Shown here: positions 47,134 to 58,388 of the stretch, one piece after another
How positions within the stretch are numbered: position 1 is the first letter of the stretch
Layout: each line of letters opens with the position of its first letter
Source of the DNA: Coraliomargarita sp.
GTDB lineage: Bacteria > Verrucomicrobiota > Verrucomicrobiia > Opitutales > Coraliomargaritaceae
DNA length: 64,000 nt
Assembly (NCBI GenBank): GCA_965216325.1
Contig: OZ244160.1
Location: 2,624,001 to 2,688,000, forward strand
Direction of reading: 5' to 3'
Notes under the pieces: generated by a model
The model's database searches: none
What the model was told of the DNA's origin: nothing
What the model saw: the letters and a program-made list of their open reading frames with translations, nothing else
Made by a program: the position numbers and the translations under genes

Positions 47134-48684
47134 ATGTCGAAGAGTTTTAAAAGTATCGCAGTGGTTAGCCTCTCTACGGGGGGCTCACGCGTGCTTGGTT
47201 TTGTGCGGGATGTGCTGGTGTTTGCTGCTTTGGGGGCGAGCGCTTGGAATTCGGCCTTCATTTTGGCGTTTACCCTGCCGAACTTATTTCGCCGTCTCTT
47301 GGGGGAAGGTGCGATGACGTCGGCGATGGTACCGGTGTTTTCGGAAGTGCTTGAGCGCGATGGGAAAGCAGGTGCCTTTCGTTTTTTTAGTCAGGTGTTT
47401 TTTAGGTTATTGTTGGCCTTGGTTGTGCTGGCGCTGGTCGTCATGCTGTTTATCGGTGGCTGTGTGAAGTCGGGGGTCTTGTCGCAGAAATGGTCCTTGG
47501 CGGGGGAGTTGGCGGTGCTCTTGTTTCCCTACGTGTTGTTTATTTGTTTGGCCGCGATTGTCACTGCAGGGCTGAATGTTTTGGGTCGTTTTGCATCGGC
47601 CGCGAGCACACCGATGTTGTTAAATGTTTCTCTGATTACGAGCTTAGGGACGGGGATGCTGCTCGGGCACGAAGCATCGGAACTGGTCTACTGGTTATGT
47701 GGTGGCTACTTGCTAGGAGGGGTGCTGCAACTCTTTGTTCCAGGGGTGGATCTTGCTGCGCAGGGTTGGCGTCCACGTATTGAGAAGTCCAATACCGCAG
47801 ACTTGAACGAATTGTGGCGCTTGTTGCTGCCCGGCTTGGCAGGGGCGGCCATTTTGCAGGTCAATATTATGGTTTCCCGTGTCTTGGCGCATTCGATTGA
47901 TGCTGAAGCGGTCTCGATCTTGTATATGGGCAGCAGATTGATGGAGTTTCCACTTGGAATTTTCACGATGGCAGTGGTGACCGTATTTTTCCCATTGCTA
48001 GCACGTGCAGTGGCTGCTCAGGACGAAACTGGATTTGCGAATGCACTGACTTCGGGGATGCGCTTGGTAATTGGTATCTCTTTTCCTGCTGGGGTTGGGC
48101 TGATTGTCTTGGGCCAGCCAATCGTTGAGCTTACCAGATATGGCGCGTTCTCTGAAGCAAGCGCTCTGAACACCGCACCGCTTGTTGCGATCTACGGCTT
48201 TGGGCTTCCGTTTTATTCGGCGGCGACTTTTGCCACACGCGGTTTACACGCGGGCAAGTCTATGCAAGTGACCGTGTGGGTTGCTGGTGTGGCCTTATTG
48301 GTGAATTTGTTTAGTGGCCTGATCCTCATGCAATTCTTTGGGGCTCGTGGCTTAGCCGCGGCCAATGTGATCGCAGCAATCATTCAAACTTGCCTACTTT
48401 GGCGTGTGCTTGCACGTGAGCGGGCTGAAGTGAGTTTGAATCGCATGTTGCCCGCGTTGTGTAAGATTCTGATAGCAGGGCTTGCAATGGGCTTAATGTG
48501 TTATGGTGGTTTGGCTTTGATTGACGGACTCGGTTTGAGCTTGAAGCTGCACTCAATTGTCTCGGTCGCAGTGCTCGTGCCGAGTGGCGTCTGCATTTAC
48601 TTTGGATTGCTCTACCTTCTCAAGTTTGAAGAACTGAATGTCTTGGGTGACTTGGTTCGGCGCTTTTTGCCGAGCGTGAAGTGA
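47134..48684 (+). CDS. murJ: Lipid II flippase MurJ
   Basis: SRVLGFVRD, AFTLPNLFRRLLGEGA, RLMEFPLGIF; many TM segments. Confidence 0.95.
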   Translation: MSKSFKSIAVVSLSTGGSRVLGFVRDVLVFAALGASAWNSAFILAFTLPNLFRRLLGEGAMTSAMVPVFSEVLERDGKAGAFRFFSQVFFRLLLALVVLALVVMLFIGGCVKSGVLSQKWSLAGELAVLLFPYVLFICLAAIVTAGLNVLGRFASAASTPMLLNVSLITSLGTGMLLGHEASELVYWLCGGYLLGGVLQLFVPGVDLAAQGWRPRIEKSNTADLNELWRLLLPGLAGAAILQVNIMVSRVLAHSIDAEAVSILYMGSRLMEFPLGIFTMAVVTVFFPLLARAVAAQDETGFANALTSGMRLVIGISFPAGVGLIVLGQPIVELTRYGAFSEASALNTAPLVAIYGFGLPFYSAATFATRGLHAGKSMQVTVWVAGVALLVNLFSGLILMQFFGARGLAAANVIAAIIQTCLLWRVLARERAEVSLNRMLPALCKILIAGLAMGLMCYGGLALIDGLGLSLKLHSIVSVAVLVPSGVCIYFGLLYLLKFEELNVLGDLVRRFLPSVK

Positions 48685-48743
48685 TGGTGTTGAGTGTATT
48701 TTCTGATTGGCAGTTTTGCTGAGAACGATCTACTTGGCGTTTG

Positions 48744-49577
48744 ATGCACCCCTATAAACTTTCTGTTACCAATATCGACGCAGAGTTTGGCTTTGGGCCT
48801 GAATCTTCAAATAGTTGGTCGACGTATTTGGAGTCGGATCAAGAGCTTGTGGTGTTTTTAAATCGTGCTGCGATTGCGACGTCCACAAGTGGCGGAGCCG
48901 ATTACCCAGAGATTGAGATCTCTGTAGATCAACGCCGCGCAGTGGTGACTGTGATTGACGGGCATCTCTATTACACCGAGTTGGATGCGCATAAGCATAA
49001 TTTGAAAGTCATCGCTGAGGATGTGGTGAAGCTACTTAAGGGGGCTTCCTTTGAGCCGTCCAGTGACGACGAGGCAGAAGAGCCGAACGAGCAACTGCAC
49101 TACACGCATCGTCGATCTGGAGAGTCGCTGCGATTGTTTGTGTGGTGCGTTTTACTGGGCATTATCGGCTCGTGCGCGGTGATTATTTGGAGTGAGATCC
49201 GGTATCAGCCCCGTTTAGTCGAGGCTCCGAAGTTTGTGGAGACGTCAGCCGGATATACGGATAAAATACAGAATTTAGCTGGAGTCTATGTGAATGAACT
49301 GCGTGAGGGAGGGATGATTTTTGAAATCCGTAGTGATGGCGGGTTCAATATCTATGAACTCTGGGAGTCGGATTCTAAGTCCGGCTTTATGCGAATGCCT
49401 GTGGAGTCGCACGAGTTGAAGATTGGGAGGCAAGGGGACCAGATCGCGTATTTGGCAGGTGAGATTCATTTAATCATGCCGCGTAAGGATGGTGCCCTCG
49501 TTTTACACGGTCTGGTCTTTCACCCCTTTGATGGGAAAGCTCGAGATCTTGGGCCAGTTCGCCGATTGACGGACTAA
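48744..49577 (+). CDS. Hypothetical single-pass membrane protein
   Basis: 277-aa ORF with a central hydrophobic helix; no family recognised. Confidence 0.6.
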   Translation: MHPYKLSVTNIDAEFGFGPESSNSWSTYLESDQELVVFLNRAAIATSTSGGADYPEIEISVDQRRAVVTVIDGHLYYTELDAHKHNLKVIAEDVVKLLKGASFEPSSDDEAEEPNEQLHYTHRRSGESLRLFVWCVLLGIIGSCAVIIWSEIRYQPRLVEAPKFVETSAGYTDKIQNLAGVYVNELREGGMIFEIRSDGGFNIYELWESDSKSGFMRMPVESHELKIGRQGDQIAYLAGEIHLIMPRKDGALVLHGLVFHPFDGKARDLGPVRRLTD

Positions 49578-49583
49578 CCTTGG

Positions 49584-50072
49584 CTACTGTGTGATATAGA
49601 AGCGTATACTGAGCCCGGACAGAATCAGGCGTCCTGTGCTGGTGTTCCCATCGTCGATCTTCTTATCGAGTTTGATCAATTCCTCTCGTGTCAGGGCAAT
49701 TGGATTGCCGGCCGATCCACTGATGCGGATATAGGCAATTCGCTCTTCCGGTGTATCACCACGAGAGTTGATCCAAGTATAGGCACCACCGATTGGAGCG
49801 GGTTGCTTCCAGACGGTCGGCATATAGTCTTCCATTTCATCCGGGAATTCGCCGGCGGTTCCGTGCGATGGCGGGAAATACTCTTTCTCGAGTTCAAAGG
49901 TGCTGAATGCCCGGTCAAATGAGCGTAGGTCACTTTCTTGCACACCAATCATGGTGCGCTTTGCAGATCGAAAGAAGGCAGGGACGGCAATAGCGGCGAG
50001 TATGCCAATGACGGCCACGACAACCATGATTTCCATGATTGTGAACGCGGCAGGGCGGGTGGTAGCTTTCAT
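49584..50072 (-). CDS. Prepilin-type N-methylation domain protein (pilin/pseudopilin)
   Basis: AAFTIMEIMVVVAVIGILAAIAVP. Confidence 0.85.
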   Translation of the reverse strand: MKATTRPAAFTIMEIMVVVAVIGILAAIAVPAFFRSAKRTMIGVQESDLRSFDRAFSTFELEKEYFPPSHGTAGEFPDEMEDYMPTVWKQPAPIGGAYTWINSRGDTPEERIAYIRISGSAGNPIALTREELIKLDKKIDDGNTSTGRLILSGLSIRFYITQ

Positions 50073-50104
50073 GGTAACGGAGTAGTGTTTTTACCGAATC
50101 AAAT

Positions 50105-50968
50105 TTAGGCGTATTTGTCGATCCGATAACCGACGAGTGCAATCTTGAGTTTTTTTGCCTGATCCAGAATCTGGTCTTTATCGAGAATGATAACGCGGTC
50201 GACTTCCAAAGCGGCGGTGCGAATACCTGCCTCGTGCATGACCTCCAAGGTGCGAGAGCCAAATACCGGGACGTCGAATCGGTAGTCTTGCACACGCTTG
50301 ACAGTTTTGACGAAGATCAAGTCGTCGGTCTTAAAGCTACCTGCCCGCTTGAGCATCGGGTCGGTTCCTTCGTAGGCTTCGACGGCGAGCACCGTGCCTT
50401 TGCGCACGACGGCCCCTTGCCCCACATCCAGTTCGGCAATGCCTTTGGCGATGTGGATCCCGTGTTCGATGTCTACTTGCTCGACGCGCAGCTTGCCAGA
50501 GGTCATCAAGCCTTCGTGCGCCAATTGATCGTCTAAGAAAGAGCGCGCGTCGAGCATTTGGATGTCGATGGCTTCGATCTCAGCAGCAATTGCTCCAAAG
50601 ATGGTTTCTGCATTTTTGACCCGCAGGCTGTTGAGGATCTTCAGTGCTTTGAGGTCCGGGTGTAGGCCATGGAAGAGACGGCGGGGCGTAATCTGGCCAG
50701 CCATGAGTGCGTAGCGGCAGCCAAGCTTTTGCAATGATTTCAGCATTTTACCGAGCTGACCGACTTTAATCTGGATATGTTCGTTCGCTGGAATGCTGTC
50801 GATTAGCGACTGCTCGGTTTCACCAGCAAAGGAAATCACCCGCAAGGAAATGCCGGCCGCTCGGATTCGTTCAGCGGTTAAGATGGGGTAGCGTCCTTTT
50901 CCGGCGATCAGGCCAATTGGTGCTGAGCTAAAGCCTTCTGGTAGGAATGCGGAACTCGAGTGGGGCAT
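50105..50968 (-). CDS. lpxI: UDP-2,3-diacylglucosamine diphosphatase LpxI
   Basis: IGLIAGKGRYP, DVGQ, AVEAYEGTD, QDYRFDVPVFG. Confidence 0.88.
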   Translation of the reverse strand: MPHSSSAFLPEGFSSAPIGLIAGKGRYPILTAERIRAAGISLRVISFAGETEQSLIDSIPANEHIQIKVGQLGKMLKSLQKLGCRYALMAGQITPRRLFHGLHPDLKALKILNSLRVKNAETIFGAIAAEIEAIDIQMLDARSFLDDQLAHEGLMTSGKLRVEQVDIEHGIHIAKGIAELDVGQGAVVRKGTVLAVEAYEGTDPMLKRAGSFKTDDLIFVKTVKRVQDYRFDVPVFGSRTLEVMHEAGIRTAALEVDRVIILDKDQILDQAKKLKIALVGYRIDKYA

Positions 50969-50970
50969 GT

Positions 50971-51792
50971 TTAACGGTTCACTCTCTGTTTGAAGTGGTA
51001 GGGCCGGGGGCTTGGGGTCTCATGGAAGTCCTCTGGCAGGACAAAGGTTGGCGTGGCGGATGTGCCATTTTGTGAGCCTTTGAAGAGTATGCGTGTGCGC
51101 GCGTAGTCAGTTGCCTCGGCTATTTTGTGCCAGTGTTTGTCGACTTCCTCAATTGCCTTCGATGCTGCGGGCTTAGCCAAGGCGGCACTGGCCGAATTGA
51201 TCACGATGCTCTGCGAGTCGGAAATGAAGGCGCGGCCACTGCTATTCGGGTAATAGAACGTGGCAGTTCCTGAGAACATGTTGATCTCTGTTTGGTTCTG
51301 GTCGACGACTAGAATGCTGTTTCCACTGTGGATACGTAATTCTCCGTTGGGAGTCTGGATGCGTGCTTGTGAAACTGGAGAGAGATGCTCAAAGGCAAAG
51401 CACAGGCTGCCCTTAGACAAGTTTAGCTGTAAGTCGGACTCGGATGGTTCGTATTGCTGGCTCTCTTTCTTCGGAGGAAAGGGCTCTTGGGTGTAACGCT
51501 CGATGCTGAGTTCGGTGTTGGGGCCTAGGCTTATTGCGACGCCGTTGGACAGGACCAAGAAGAGCGTTGAGTCGGTGCCGGTTTGCAGCGTCGTGCCTGA
51601 GAGCGTCAGTTGTTGATGCAGCTTGGGTTTCTGGCCTGTGATGAAGGCTTCGCCACTTCGGCTGGTTACAACAGCAATGCCATCGGGGCTGGAGTTCGCT
51701 GCGATGGCAGCTTGATGCTGAATCACAACAAGGACAGTGGCGGCCGTTAGGCCGCGCATGAATTTGACTGCCCGTTGTGAGATGCTGTGCAT
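50971..51792 (-). CDS. Secreted FecR-domain protein
   Basis: Signal peptide; LQTGTDS..LSNG..LGPNTEL; IQTPNG. Confidence 0.65.
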   Translation of the reverse strand: MHSISQRAVKFMRGLTAATVLVVIQHQAAIAANSSPDGIAVVTSRSGEAFITGQKPKLHQQLTLSGTTLQTGTDSTLFLVLSNGVAISLGPNTELSIERYTQEPFPPKKESQQYEPSESDLQLNLSKGSLCFAFEHLSPVSQARIQTPNGELRIHSGNSILVVDQNQTEINMFSGTATFYYPNSSGRAFISDSQSIVINSASAALAKPAASKAIEEVDKHWHKIAEATDYARTRILFKGSQNGTSATPTFVLPEDFHETPSPRPYHFKQRVNR

Positions 51793-51813
51793 TTTTCAGA
51801 AGTCAGATGAAGG

Positions 51814-51840
51814 CGGCGCGTTAATGGGAACGCGCCCTAC
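51814..51840 (-). repeat. GTAG REP of the same family as 18335-18361
   Basis: Reverse complement reads GTAGGGCGCGTTCCCATTAACGCGCCG. Confidence 0.7.
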
Positions 51841-51842
51841 CT

Positions 51843-54422
51843 TTATACTGCGACGATATTGACGATTTTTCCGGGAACGTAAATTTCCTTCTTGATCGTT
51901 TTGCCGTCAATAAAGCTCTGCACGCGTTCGCTCGCTTTGGCTGCTGTGATCGCGTCTTCCTTGCTATGGTCGGCAGGAAGCTCGGCGTCGCCGCGGTATT
52001 TGCCGTTTACTTGGAAGATTATCTTCACGGTGTCCTTGACTAGCTTGCTCTCGTCGCATTCCGGCCATCCCGCGTCAACGATGCTACCGGCGTTGCCGAG
52101 GCGCTCCCAGAGCTCTTCACCAATATGCGGCGCGAGTGGGGCGAGCAACTTGATGAAGCTTTCGACGGATTCCTTAGTCAAGGACTCGCACTTGGCGAGT
52201 TGGTTAACACAGATCATCATTTGCGAAATCGCGGTGTTGAAGCCGAGTGCTTCGTAGTCTTCGGTCACTTTTTTGATCGTCGCGTGGAGCGTGCGGTCGG
52301 TTTCCGCGTCAAGCGTCTCGGCTGCGCCGATCTTGTTGCTGACTTCACCGTTCTCGTCCACGACCAAGCGCCATGCCTTGCGCAGGAAGCGGGCGATGCC
52401 TTCGATACCCTTGGTGTTCCAAGGCTTCATGGCTTCGAGTGGCCCGAGGAACATCAGGTAGAGGCGCAGAGCGTCGGCACCGTAGCCTTCGATGATGGTC
52501 TCGGGGTTGACCACGTTGCCGCGGCTCTTGGACATTTTCTCGCCGTCTTCGCCGAGGATGATGCCTTGGTGGAAGAGTTTCTTGAACGGCTCGGGATCGC
52601 TGACGACGCCGAGGTCGAACAGCACTTGGTGCCAGAAGCGGGCGTAAAGGAGGTGGAGCACGGCGTGCTCGGCACCACCGATGTAAAGGTCTGGAGTCCC
52701 CCAGTATTTTTCCTTTTCTGGATCGATGAGCGCTTCGGTGTTCTTCGGATCCACGTAGCGCAGGTAATACCAGCAGGAGCCTGCCCATTGTGGCATTGTG
52801 TTCGTTTCGCGGATACCCGTGAGCCAGCCGTCTTGTGCCTCGGTGGAGGTTTCGCCGGTTTGTGGGTTCACGTAAACGTAGAGCCAGTCATCTGCCTTGG
52901 AGAGTGGGCTTTGGCCATCGGGGGATGGTGTGTAGCTTTCCACTTCTGGCAGGTTGAGTGGCAATTCGGCAACTGGAAGTGCGAGGGCGAATTTGGTTGC
53001 ACCGTTGATCTCGCATGAGACCGGGCGCTCGACAGACTTGAGGGAGTCGTCGGCCATGTCGTAGTCCTCCTTGCTGACCCAAACGATTGGGAACGGTTCA
53101 CCCCAATAGCGCTGACGGGAGAAGAGCCAGTCACGCAGCTTGAAGTTGACGGTCGCTTTGCCGCGCTTGTCAGCTGCTAGCTGCTCGATGACCGCGTTCT
53201 TGGCGGACTCGGAGTCCTTGCCGGATTGTTCGCCGGAGTTGATGAGCAGGCCTGGGCCTGTATAAGCAGTCATGAGGGCGCCGGACTCGTCCTTGTCGGC
53301 GGAGTTGTTGTCGTCGATGACCTGGATGATTTCGAGGCCGAACTCCTTTGCGAATTCGAAGTCGCGCTCGTCGTGGGCGGGAACCGCCATGATCGCGCCG
53401 GTGCCGTAAGTCATGAGCACGTAATCGGCGACCCAGATCGGAATCTCCTTGCCGTTGACTGGGTTGATCGCGGTCGCGCCCGTCCATTCGCCGGTCTTTT
53501 CCTTGGAAAGCTCGGCGCGTTCTAGGTCGGACTTGCTCTTGGCCTTTTCGAGGTAGGCGTCGACGGCTTCCTTGCGGTCGGCGGTGGTGATTTGTGCGAC
53601 GAGCGGGTGCTCGGGAGCGATCACCATGTAAGTTGCTCCGTAAAGTGTGTCCGGGCGAGTGGTGAAGACAGTCAGCTGCGCGTCGTGCCCGGAGACGTCG
53701 AACGTGATTTCGCCACCTTCGGAGCGGCCGATCCAGTTTTCTTGGAGGCGCTTGGTGGAGTCGGGCCAGTCGAGATCCTTAAGGCCGGCGATCAGGCGCT
53801 CGGCGTATTCAGTGATGCGGAGCACCCACTGGCGGATTGGGCGGCGCTCGACTGGGAAGTTGCCGCGCTCTGAGCGAGGGCCTTCCGGAGTGTTGAGGAC
53901 TTCTTCGTTGGCGAGAACGGTGCCGAGGTCGGGGCAGAACCAGACTGGCTTCTCGTCGACGTAGGCGAGGCCCTTCTTAAACAGCTGCATGAAGATCCAC
54001 TGGGTCCACTTGAAGTAGCCGGGATCGGTGGTGTTGACTTCGCGGTTCCAGTCGTAGGCGAATCCGAGTTGGGTCAACTGTGCGGTGAAATTGGCGACGT
54101 TTTGCTTGGTGGTGACGGCAGGGTGGGTGCCGGTCTTGATCGCGTATTGCTCAGTCGGCAGGCCGAAGGCGTCCCAGCCCATGGGATGGAGTACGTTGAA
54201 GCCTTTTGCTTTCTTATAGCGCTTGAGCGCGTCGCTGGCGGTGTAGCCTTCCGGGTGGCCGATGTGCAGCCCCGCGCCGGATGGGTAGGGGAACATGTCG
54301 AGCACGTAGAACGTGGGCTTGTCCTCGAAGTCCTTGGACTCGTAGGTCTTGTTTTCAGCCCAGTAGCTCTGCCACTTCGGCTCAATTGCGGAAAAATCGT
54401 AGTCTTTGCTTTGCGTCGCCAT
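51843..54422 (-). CDS. leuS: Leucine--tRNA ligase
   Basis: [23 protein letters not shown], editing domain [20 protein letters not shown]; start refined to ATG 54422. Confidence 0.98.
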   Translation of the reverse strand: MATQSKDYDFSAIEPKWQSYWAENKTYESKDFEDKPTFYVLDMFPYPSGAGLHIGHPEGYTASDALKRYKKAKGFNVLHPMGWDAFGLPTEQYAIKTGTHPAVTTKQNVANFTAQLTQLGFAYDWNREVNTTDPGYFKWTQWIFMQLFKKGLAYVDEKPVWFCPDLGTVLANEEVLNTPEGPRSERGNFPVERRPIRQWVLRITEYAERLIAGLKDLDWPDSTKRLQENWIGRSEGGEITFDVSGHDAQLTVFTTRPDTLYGATYMVIAPEHPLVAQITTADRKEAVDAYLEKAKSKSDLERAELSKEKTGEWTGATAINPVNGKEIPIWVADYVLMTYGTGAIMAVPAHDERDFEFAKEFGLEIIQVIDDNNSADKDESGALMTAYTGPGLLINSGEQSGKDSESAKNAVIEQLAADKRGKATVNFKLRDWLFSRQRYWGEPFPIVWVSKEDYDMADDSLKSVERPVSCEINGATKFALALPVAELPLNLPEVESYTPSPDGQSPLSKADDWLYVYVNPQTGETSTEAQDGWLTGIRETNTMPQWAGSCWYYLRYVDPKNTEALIDPEKEKYWGTPDLYIGGAEHAVLHLLYARFWHQVLFDLGVVSDPEPFKKLFHQGIILGEDGEKMSKSRGNVVNPETIIEGYGADALRLYLMFLGPLEAMKPWNTKGIEGIARFLRKAWRLVVDENGEVSNKIGAAETLDAETDRTLHATIKKVTEDYEALGFNTAISQMMICVNQLAKCESLTKESVESFIKLLAPLAPHIGEELWERLGNAGSIVDAGWPECDESKLVKDTVKIIFQVNGKYRGDAELPADHSKEDAITAAKASERVQSFIDGKTIKKEIYVPGKIVNIVAV

Positions 54423-54554
54423 TTTTCGAAAACGGCGGATTAAGACGGCTCGGATGCGGCCCGTCAACGACGCAAAGGCCGATCTGGCAATGGTTTTTGC
54501 TTCGAAATCGAGGTTTGATTTCTGAGGATTTCCACCTAGGGTTCGCGATTCTGC

Positions 54555-55136
54555 ATGAAAGTTCGCTCCCCCATCATATTTCTCATTCTGCTCGCGCTGT
54601 GCACTTATCTGTCCTCGCTGGAAGCAGATCAGCCGCAGTTATCGGCTACGGAGAACTTGGGGAATAAGGTGGAGACGATATCCGAGGCGCGCTTCAAAGA
54701 GCGCTTTTGGAATAATGGTCAGCAAAAGTCGCGGTTGATGAACAAGAGCTTCCCGCTGACTCAGTACGACAAGCATTTCTCTTCACTTGGGCGTAGTAAG
54801 GCACCGATTTCGCTGACCGAGAGAAGCGAGAAGTCGATGTTTCAGGCGGATGTTAAAGAGTATGACATCAAGGACCTCAAGATCGCAGACTGGAACGAGC
54901 AGATGTCGCGTTTACACAAGCAGGCGCGTATTGCGACCGATCAGACCTATGCAGATTTGGCGACCAAGCAGCGTTATCAAGCGATGCTGCAAGATTCGCC
55001 GCAGGCCTATGAGGCACTCGCAGAAGAGTTATCCTTGCGTGAGATCAATCGCTTTGCCTTTCGTCGCAATCGTCCGAAGGGGGAGTCGCCATCGACGGCC
55101 GCAGGTTCGGAGCAAGTGCAGAAGGCTGTCCAGTAA
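54555..55136 (+). CDS. Hypothetical exported protein
   Basis: Signal peptide-like N-terminus; 193 aa; no family recognised. Confidence 0.6.
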   Translation: MKVRSPIIFLILLALCTYLSSLEADQPQLSATENLGNKVETISEARFKERFWNNGQQKSRLMNKSFPLTQYDKHFSSLGRSKAPISLTERSEKSMFQADVKEYDIKDLKIADWNEQMSRLHKQARIATDQTYADLATKQRYQAMLQDSPQAYEALAEELSLREINRFAFRRNRPKGESPSTAAGSEQVQKAVQ

Positions 55137-55258
55137 TTTTTCCAATTTGGATGTAAGGGTTCTCGCTGTTGGCGGATTTCGCTCAGCAAAGTGCGGCTTT
55201 GGCTTGATAGCTTGAGTCTTTGAGCTAAAGCTCGGAGTATCATCCTTCGCTAATCTCG

Positions 55259-57598
55259 ATGTTTCATCCGCTTGCTGCCAGTTTAGTTCTCATCGCCCTT
55301 GCGGCTGGGCTGGCTCCGTTGTTAGTCCGTTACTTGAAATCCTACGCGAGCGCGGTGCTTTGCCTCGCGCCGTTTGCTGCTTGTGGGATTTTTTTGGCCC
55401 AGATGGGGCATGTCTCTGATGGTGAGAGTTTAGTGTATCAAGTGGATTGGTTTTCGAGCCTAGGCACCGCATTCGATCTGCGACTGGATGGCTTGTCCTT
55501 GCTGATGGCGATCCTAGTGACCGGCATTGGTGGCTTCATTGTGCTGTATGCGGGCGGCTACATGCATGGCGATAAATATCTCGGGCGCTTCTATTTGTAT
55601 TTGCTGTCGTTCATGCTTGCGATGCTGGGGTTGGTGCTTTCGGACAATCTGCTGCTAATGTTCGTGTTCTGGGAGTTGACCAGTATCACATCGTATCTGC
55701 TGATCGGCTTTAAGCATGAATACCAGGAGTCACGCTGGAAGGCTTTACAGGCGCTGCTGACGACTGGGTTGGGTGCTATGTCGATGCTTGCCGGGTTCAT
55801 CTTGATCGGAATGGTGACTGGCTCTCACAGCTTGTCTGAGATCAATTCGATGGGCGATCTGATTCACGCGAGCCCATGGTATACGGCGATTGTGATTTTG
55901 GTGCTGGGAGGTGCATTTACTAAGAGTGCACAGGTGCCGTTCCATTTCTGGTTGCCGAATGCGATGGCTGGACCGACTCCGGTGAGTGCCTACTTACACT
56001 CGGCAACGATGGTGAAAGCGGGTGTGTTCTTGTTGGCGCGTATGAATCCGTCGCTGGGCGGGTCCGGACTGTGGGAATACACTTTGGCGATTTTCGGTAG
56101 TCTGACCCTGCTGGTCGCAGTCGTGCTGGGCTTATTTCAGAAGGACGTGAAGGCCATTCTGGCCTTCACTACATTGGGGGTGCTCGGTGTGTTGACCATG
56201 TTGCTGGGGATTGGTTCGGAGTATGCAATTAAGGCGATGGTGGTCTTCCTGCTCGGGCACGCACTCTATAAGGCAACGCTCTTCATGGTTGCCGGTTCGA
56301 TCGACCATGAGACGGGCACGCGCGATGTCCTGCTGTTGAATGGCCTGCGAAAGGCGATGCCGATTACGGCGATTGCTGGCGGTTTTGCTGCGCTTTCGAT
56401 GTCTGGCTTGCCGCCGTTCTTCGGTTTTATCGGCAAGGAGCTCATTTACAAGGCCGGGGTCATGCTCAATGGCCCTGAGATGGTCTTCCTGATTGCTGCT
56501 TTTGTGGGTAATCTTATCATGATGGGCTTGGCGTTGAAGGCAGGGGTAGCTCCGTTCTTCGGTAAGCTGAATGCGGAACGCTTGCCTAAAAAGCCGCATG
56601 AAGCACCGTTTTCGATGTGGATTGGACCGATAGTGCTGTCGGTTGCCGGTTTGGTGATCGGTATTTTCCCGATGTTGGTGACGGATGCCTTGGTCTCGCC
56701 AGCGATTGCGGCGGTGCAGGGCTCTGAAATTACGCAACTGGACTTGGCCTTGTGGAATTTGGTGAAGCCGAATTTGCCGCTGTTGTTGAGTGGTATCACC
56801 ATCTTGGGGGGCACCGCGGTGTTTATCTACCGGGCGAAGTTCTGGGATATGTCCGATTATGTGTTGGTGGCGATTCGTCCGTATGGTGCCGAAGCGATGT
56901 ATGATCGTATTTTTAATGCCGTGGTTCGCTTCTCGAAGTGGCAGACCAAGCGATTGCAAACCGGGCGCTTGCATGACTATGTTTTCATGATCGTTCTCAG
57001 TACGGTTGGCCTCTTGCTTTGGGCAATCATTGGTTATGGGGGATTGCAGTTTGGCATCGATTGGTCGCAGTTCAGTCCCTTCATGCTGGGCGTGGTTTTG
57101 GTCATGATTATCGCCACGATGTCGGTGGTCACTTCCAACGACTTTGTCACCGTCTTGGTCGGCTTAGGGACCATTGGTTTTGGAGTGGCCTTGATTTTTA
57201 TGTATCACGGTGCGCCAGATTTGGCGATCACTCAGCTGTTGGTGGAGACGTTGACTGTGGTGCTCTTTATGTTCGTGATCATTCGCTTGCCGGCCTTGAA
57301 GCGCTTTTCCCGATCAGTTACCCGCGTGCGTGACGGGGCGCTCGCCTGCACCTTTGGAGGACTGATGACGCTGCTGGTGTTGAAAGCGGTTAATATTCAG
57401 TTCGATCACCCGATTTCGGAGCACTTGGCAGAGATCAGCTATCTCGAGGCGAAGGGCCGCAACGTGGTCAACGTCATTCTGGTGGACTTTCGTGCTTTGG
57501 ATACCTTTGGCGAGGTGGCGGTCGTGATGGCGGCCGCGCTGGGCATCGCGGCCTTGGCTTCCTCTGGACTCTTTCGGCGAAAGGGGGCGAAGAAGTGA
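55259..57598 (+). CDS. mnhA: Mrp/Mnh Na+/H+ antiporter subunit A
   Basis: FWELTSITSYLLIG, TKSAQVPFHFWLPNAM.GPTPVSAYLHSATMVKAG, NVVNVILVDFRALDT.GE. Confidence 0.95.
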   Translation: MFHPLAASLVLIALAAGLAPLLVRYLKSYASAVLCLAPFAACGIFLAQMGHVSDGESLVYQVDWFSSLGTAFDLRLDGLSLLMAILVTGIGGFIVLYAGGYMHGDKYLGRFYLYLLSFMLAMLGLVLSDNLLLMFVFWELTSITSYLLIGFKHEYQESRWKALQALLTTGLGAMSMLAGFILIGMVTGSHSLSEINSMGDLIHASPWYTAIVILVLGGAFTKSAQVPFHFWLPNAMAGPTPVSAYLHSATMVKAGVFLLARMNPSLGGSGLWEYTLAIFGSLTLLVAVVLGLFQKDVKAILAFTTLGVLGVLTMLLGIGSEYAIKAMVVFLLGHALYKATLFMVAGSIDHETGTRDVLLLNGLRKAMPITAIAGGFAALSMSGLPPFFGFIGKELIYKAGVMLNGPEMVFLIAAFVGNLIMMGLALKAGVAPFFGKLNAERLPKKPHEAPFSMWIGPIVLSVAGLVIGIFPMLVTDALVSPAIAAVQGSEITQLDLALWNLVKPNLPLLLSGITILGGTAVFIYRAKFWDMSDYVLVAIRPYGAEAMYDRIFNAVVRFSKWQTKRLQTGRLHDYVFMIVLSTVGLLLWAIIGYGGLQFGIDWSQFSPFMLGVVLVMIIATMSVVTSNDFVTVLVGLGTIGFGVALIFMYHGAPDLAITQLLVETLTVVLFMFVIIRLPALKRFSRSVTRVRDGALACTFGGLMTLLVLKAVNIQFDHPISEHLAEISYLEAKGRNVVNVILVDFRALDTFGEVAVVMAAALGIAALASSGLFRRKGAKK

Positions 57599-58041
57599 GG
57601 CGTTTTGTGGTCAATCAGGCGAGTCGTCTGCTGTTTCCAGCACTGATCGTGCTCTCTCTGATCGTGTTTTACCGTGGGCACAATCTGCCCGGAGGCGGCT
57701 TTATCGGCGGGTTGCTCGCGGCGAGTGCCTTTATTTTGCTGGGGCTGGGTGCGTCGATGGAGCAGGCACGTCGTGCGTTGCGTGTGGATCCTGTCGCATT
57801 GATGGCCATGGGCTTATTGATTGCATTGATCTCTGGTTTGTTTGGCTTGCTACAGGGCGACGCCTTTATGACTGGCGTCTGGCTGCCGACTTTTTACCTG
57901 CCGCTGTTGGGGGCCGTGCATTTGGGCACGCCGCTGTTGTTCGACCTAGGGGTTTTCATGACGGTGATTGGTTTCACGCTGCACACAACATTTAGTCTCG
58001 CTGCGCTTGGGCATGAGGATGAGGAGGAATTGGAAAGCTAA
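57595..58041 (+). CDS. mnhB: Mrp antiporter subunit B
   Basis: RGHNLPGGGFIGGL, FDLGV. Confidence 0.93.
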   Translation: MRRFVVNQASRLLFPALIVLSLIVFYRGHNLPGGGFIGGLLAASAFILLGLGASMEQARRALRVDPVALMAMGLLIALISGLFGLLQGDAFMTGVWLPTFYLPLLGAVHLGTPLLFDLGVFMTVIGFTLHTTFSLAALGHEDEEELES

Positions 58042-58388
58042 TGGAACCGCTGATTGCAGTCTTGATTGGTGTGTTGTTTGCGGGGGGCGTGTATAGCCTG
58101 CTGCGGCGCAGCCTGATGAAGTTGGTCGTTGGAGTGATTCTCATCTCTCAAGCTGCCAACTTGCTGGTGTTTACTTCGGGAGGGCTATTGACTGGGCGCC
58201 CAGCACTGATCGCGGCGGATTCGCAGGTGCCGGACTTGCCAGTGGGCGATCCGCTCCCACAGGCGATGGTGCTGACCGCGATCGTGATTGGCTTCGCGCT
58301 GACTGCCTTCCTACTTGCTTTGGTTTGTCGCGCCCATGAGGCGGTCGGCGAAGATGATATTAATGCGTTTGATCATACAGACCGGTGA
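58041..58388 (+). CDS. mnhC: Mrp antiporter subunit C
   Basis: DPLPQAMVLTAIVIGF. Confidence 0.95.
   Translation: MEPLIAVLIGVLFAGGVYSLLRRSLMKLVVGVILISQAANLLVFTSGGLLTGRPALIAADSQVPDLPVGDPLPQAMVLTAIVIGFALTAFLLALVCRAHEAVGEDDINAFDHTDR

Noticed and set aside
49584..50072. Ala instead of Gly before the pilin Phe as a sign of a defective pilin
   Set aside because: AFT-type cleavage sites are common in PVC prepilin-like proteins, and Glu at +5 is retained.
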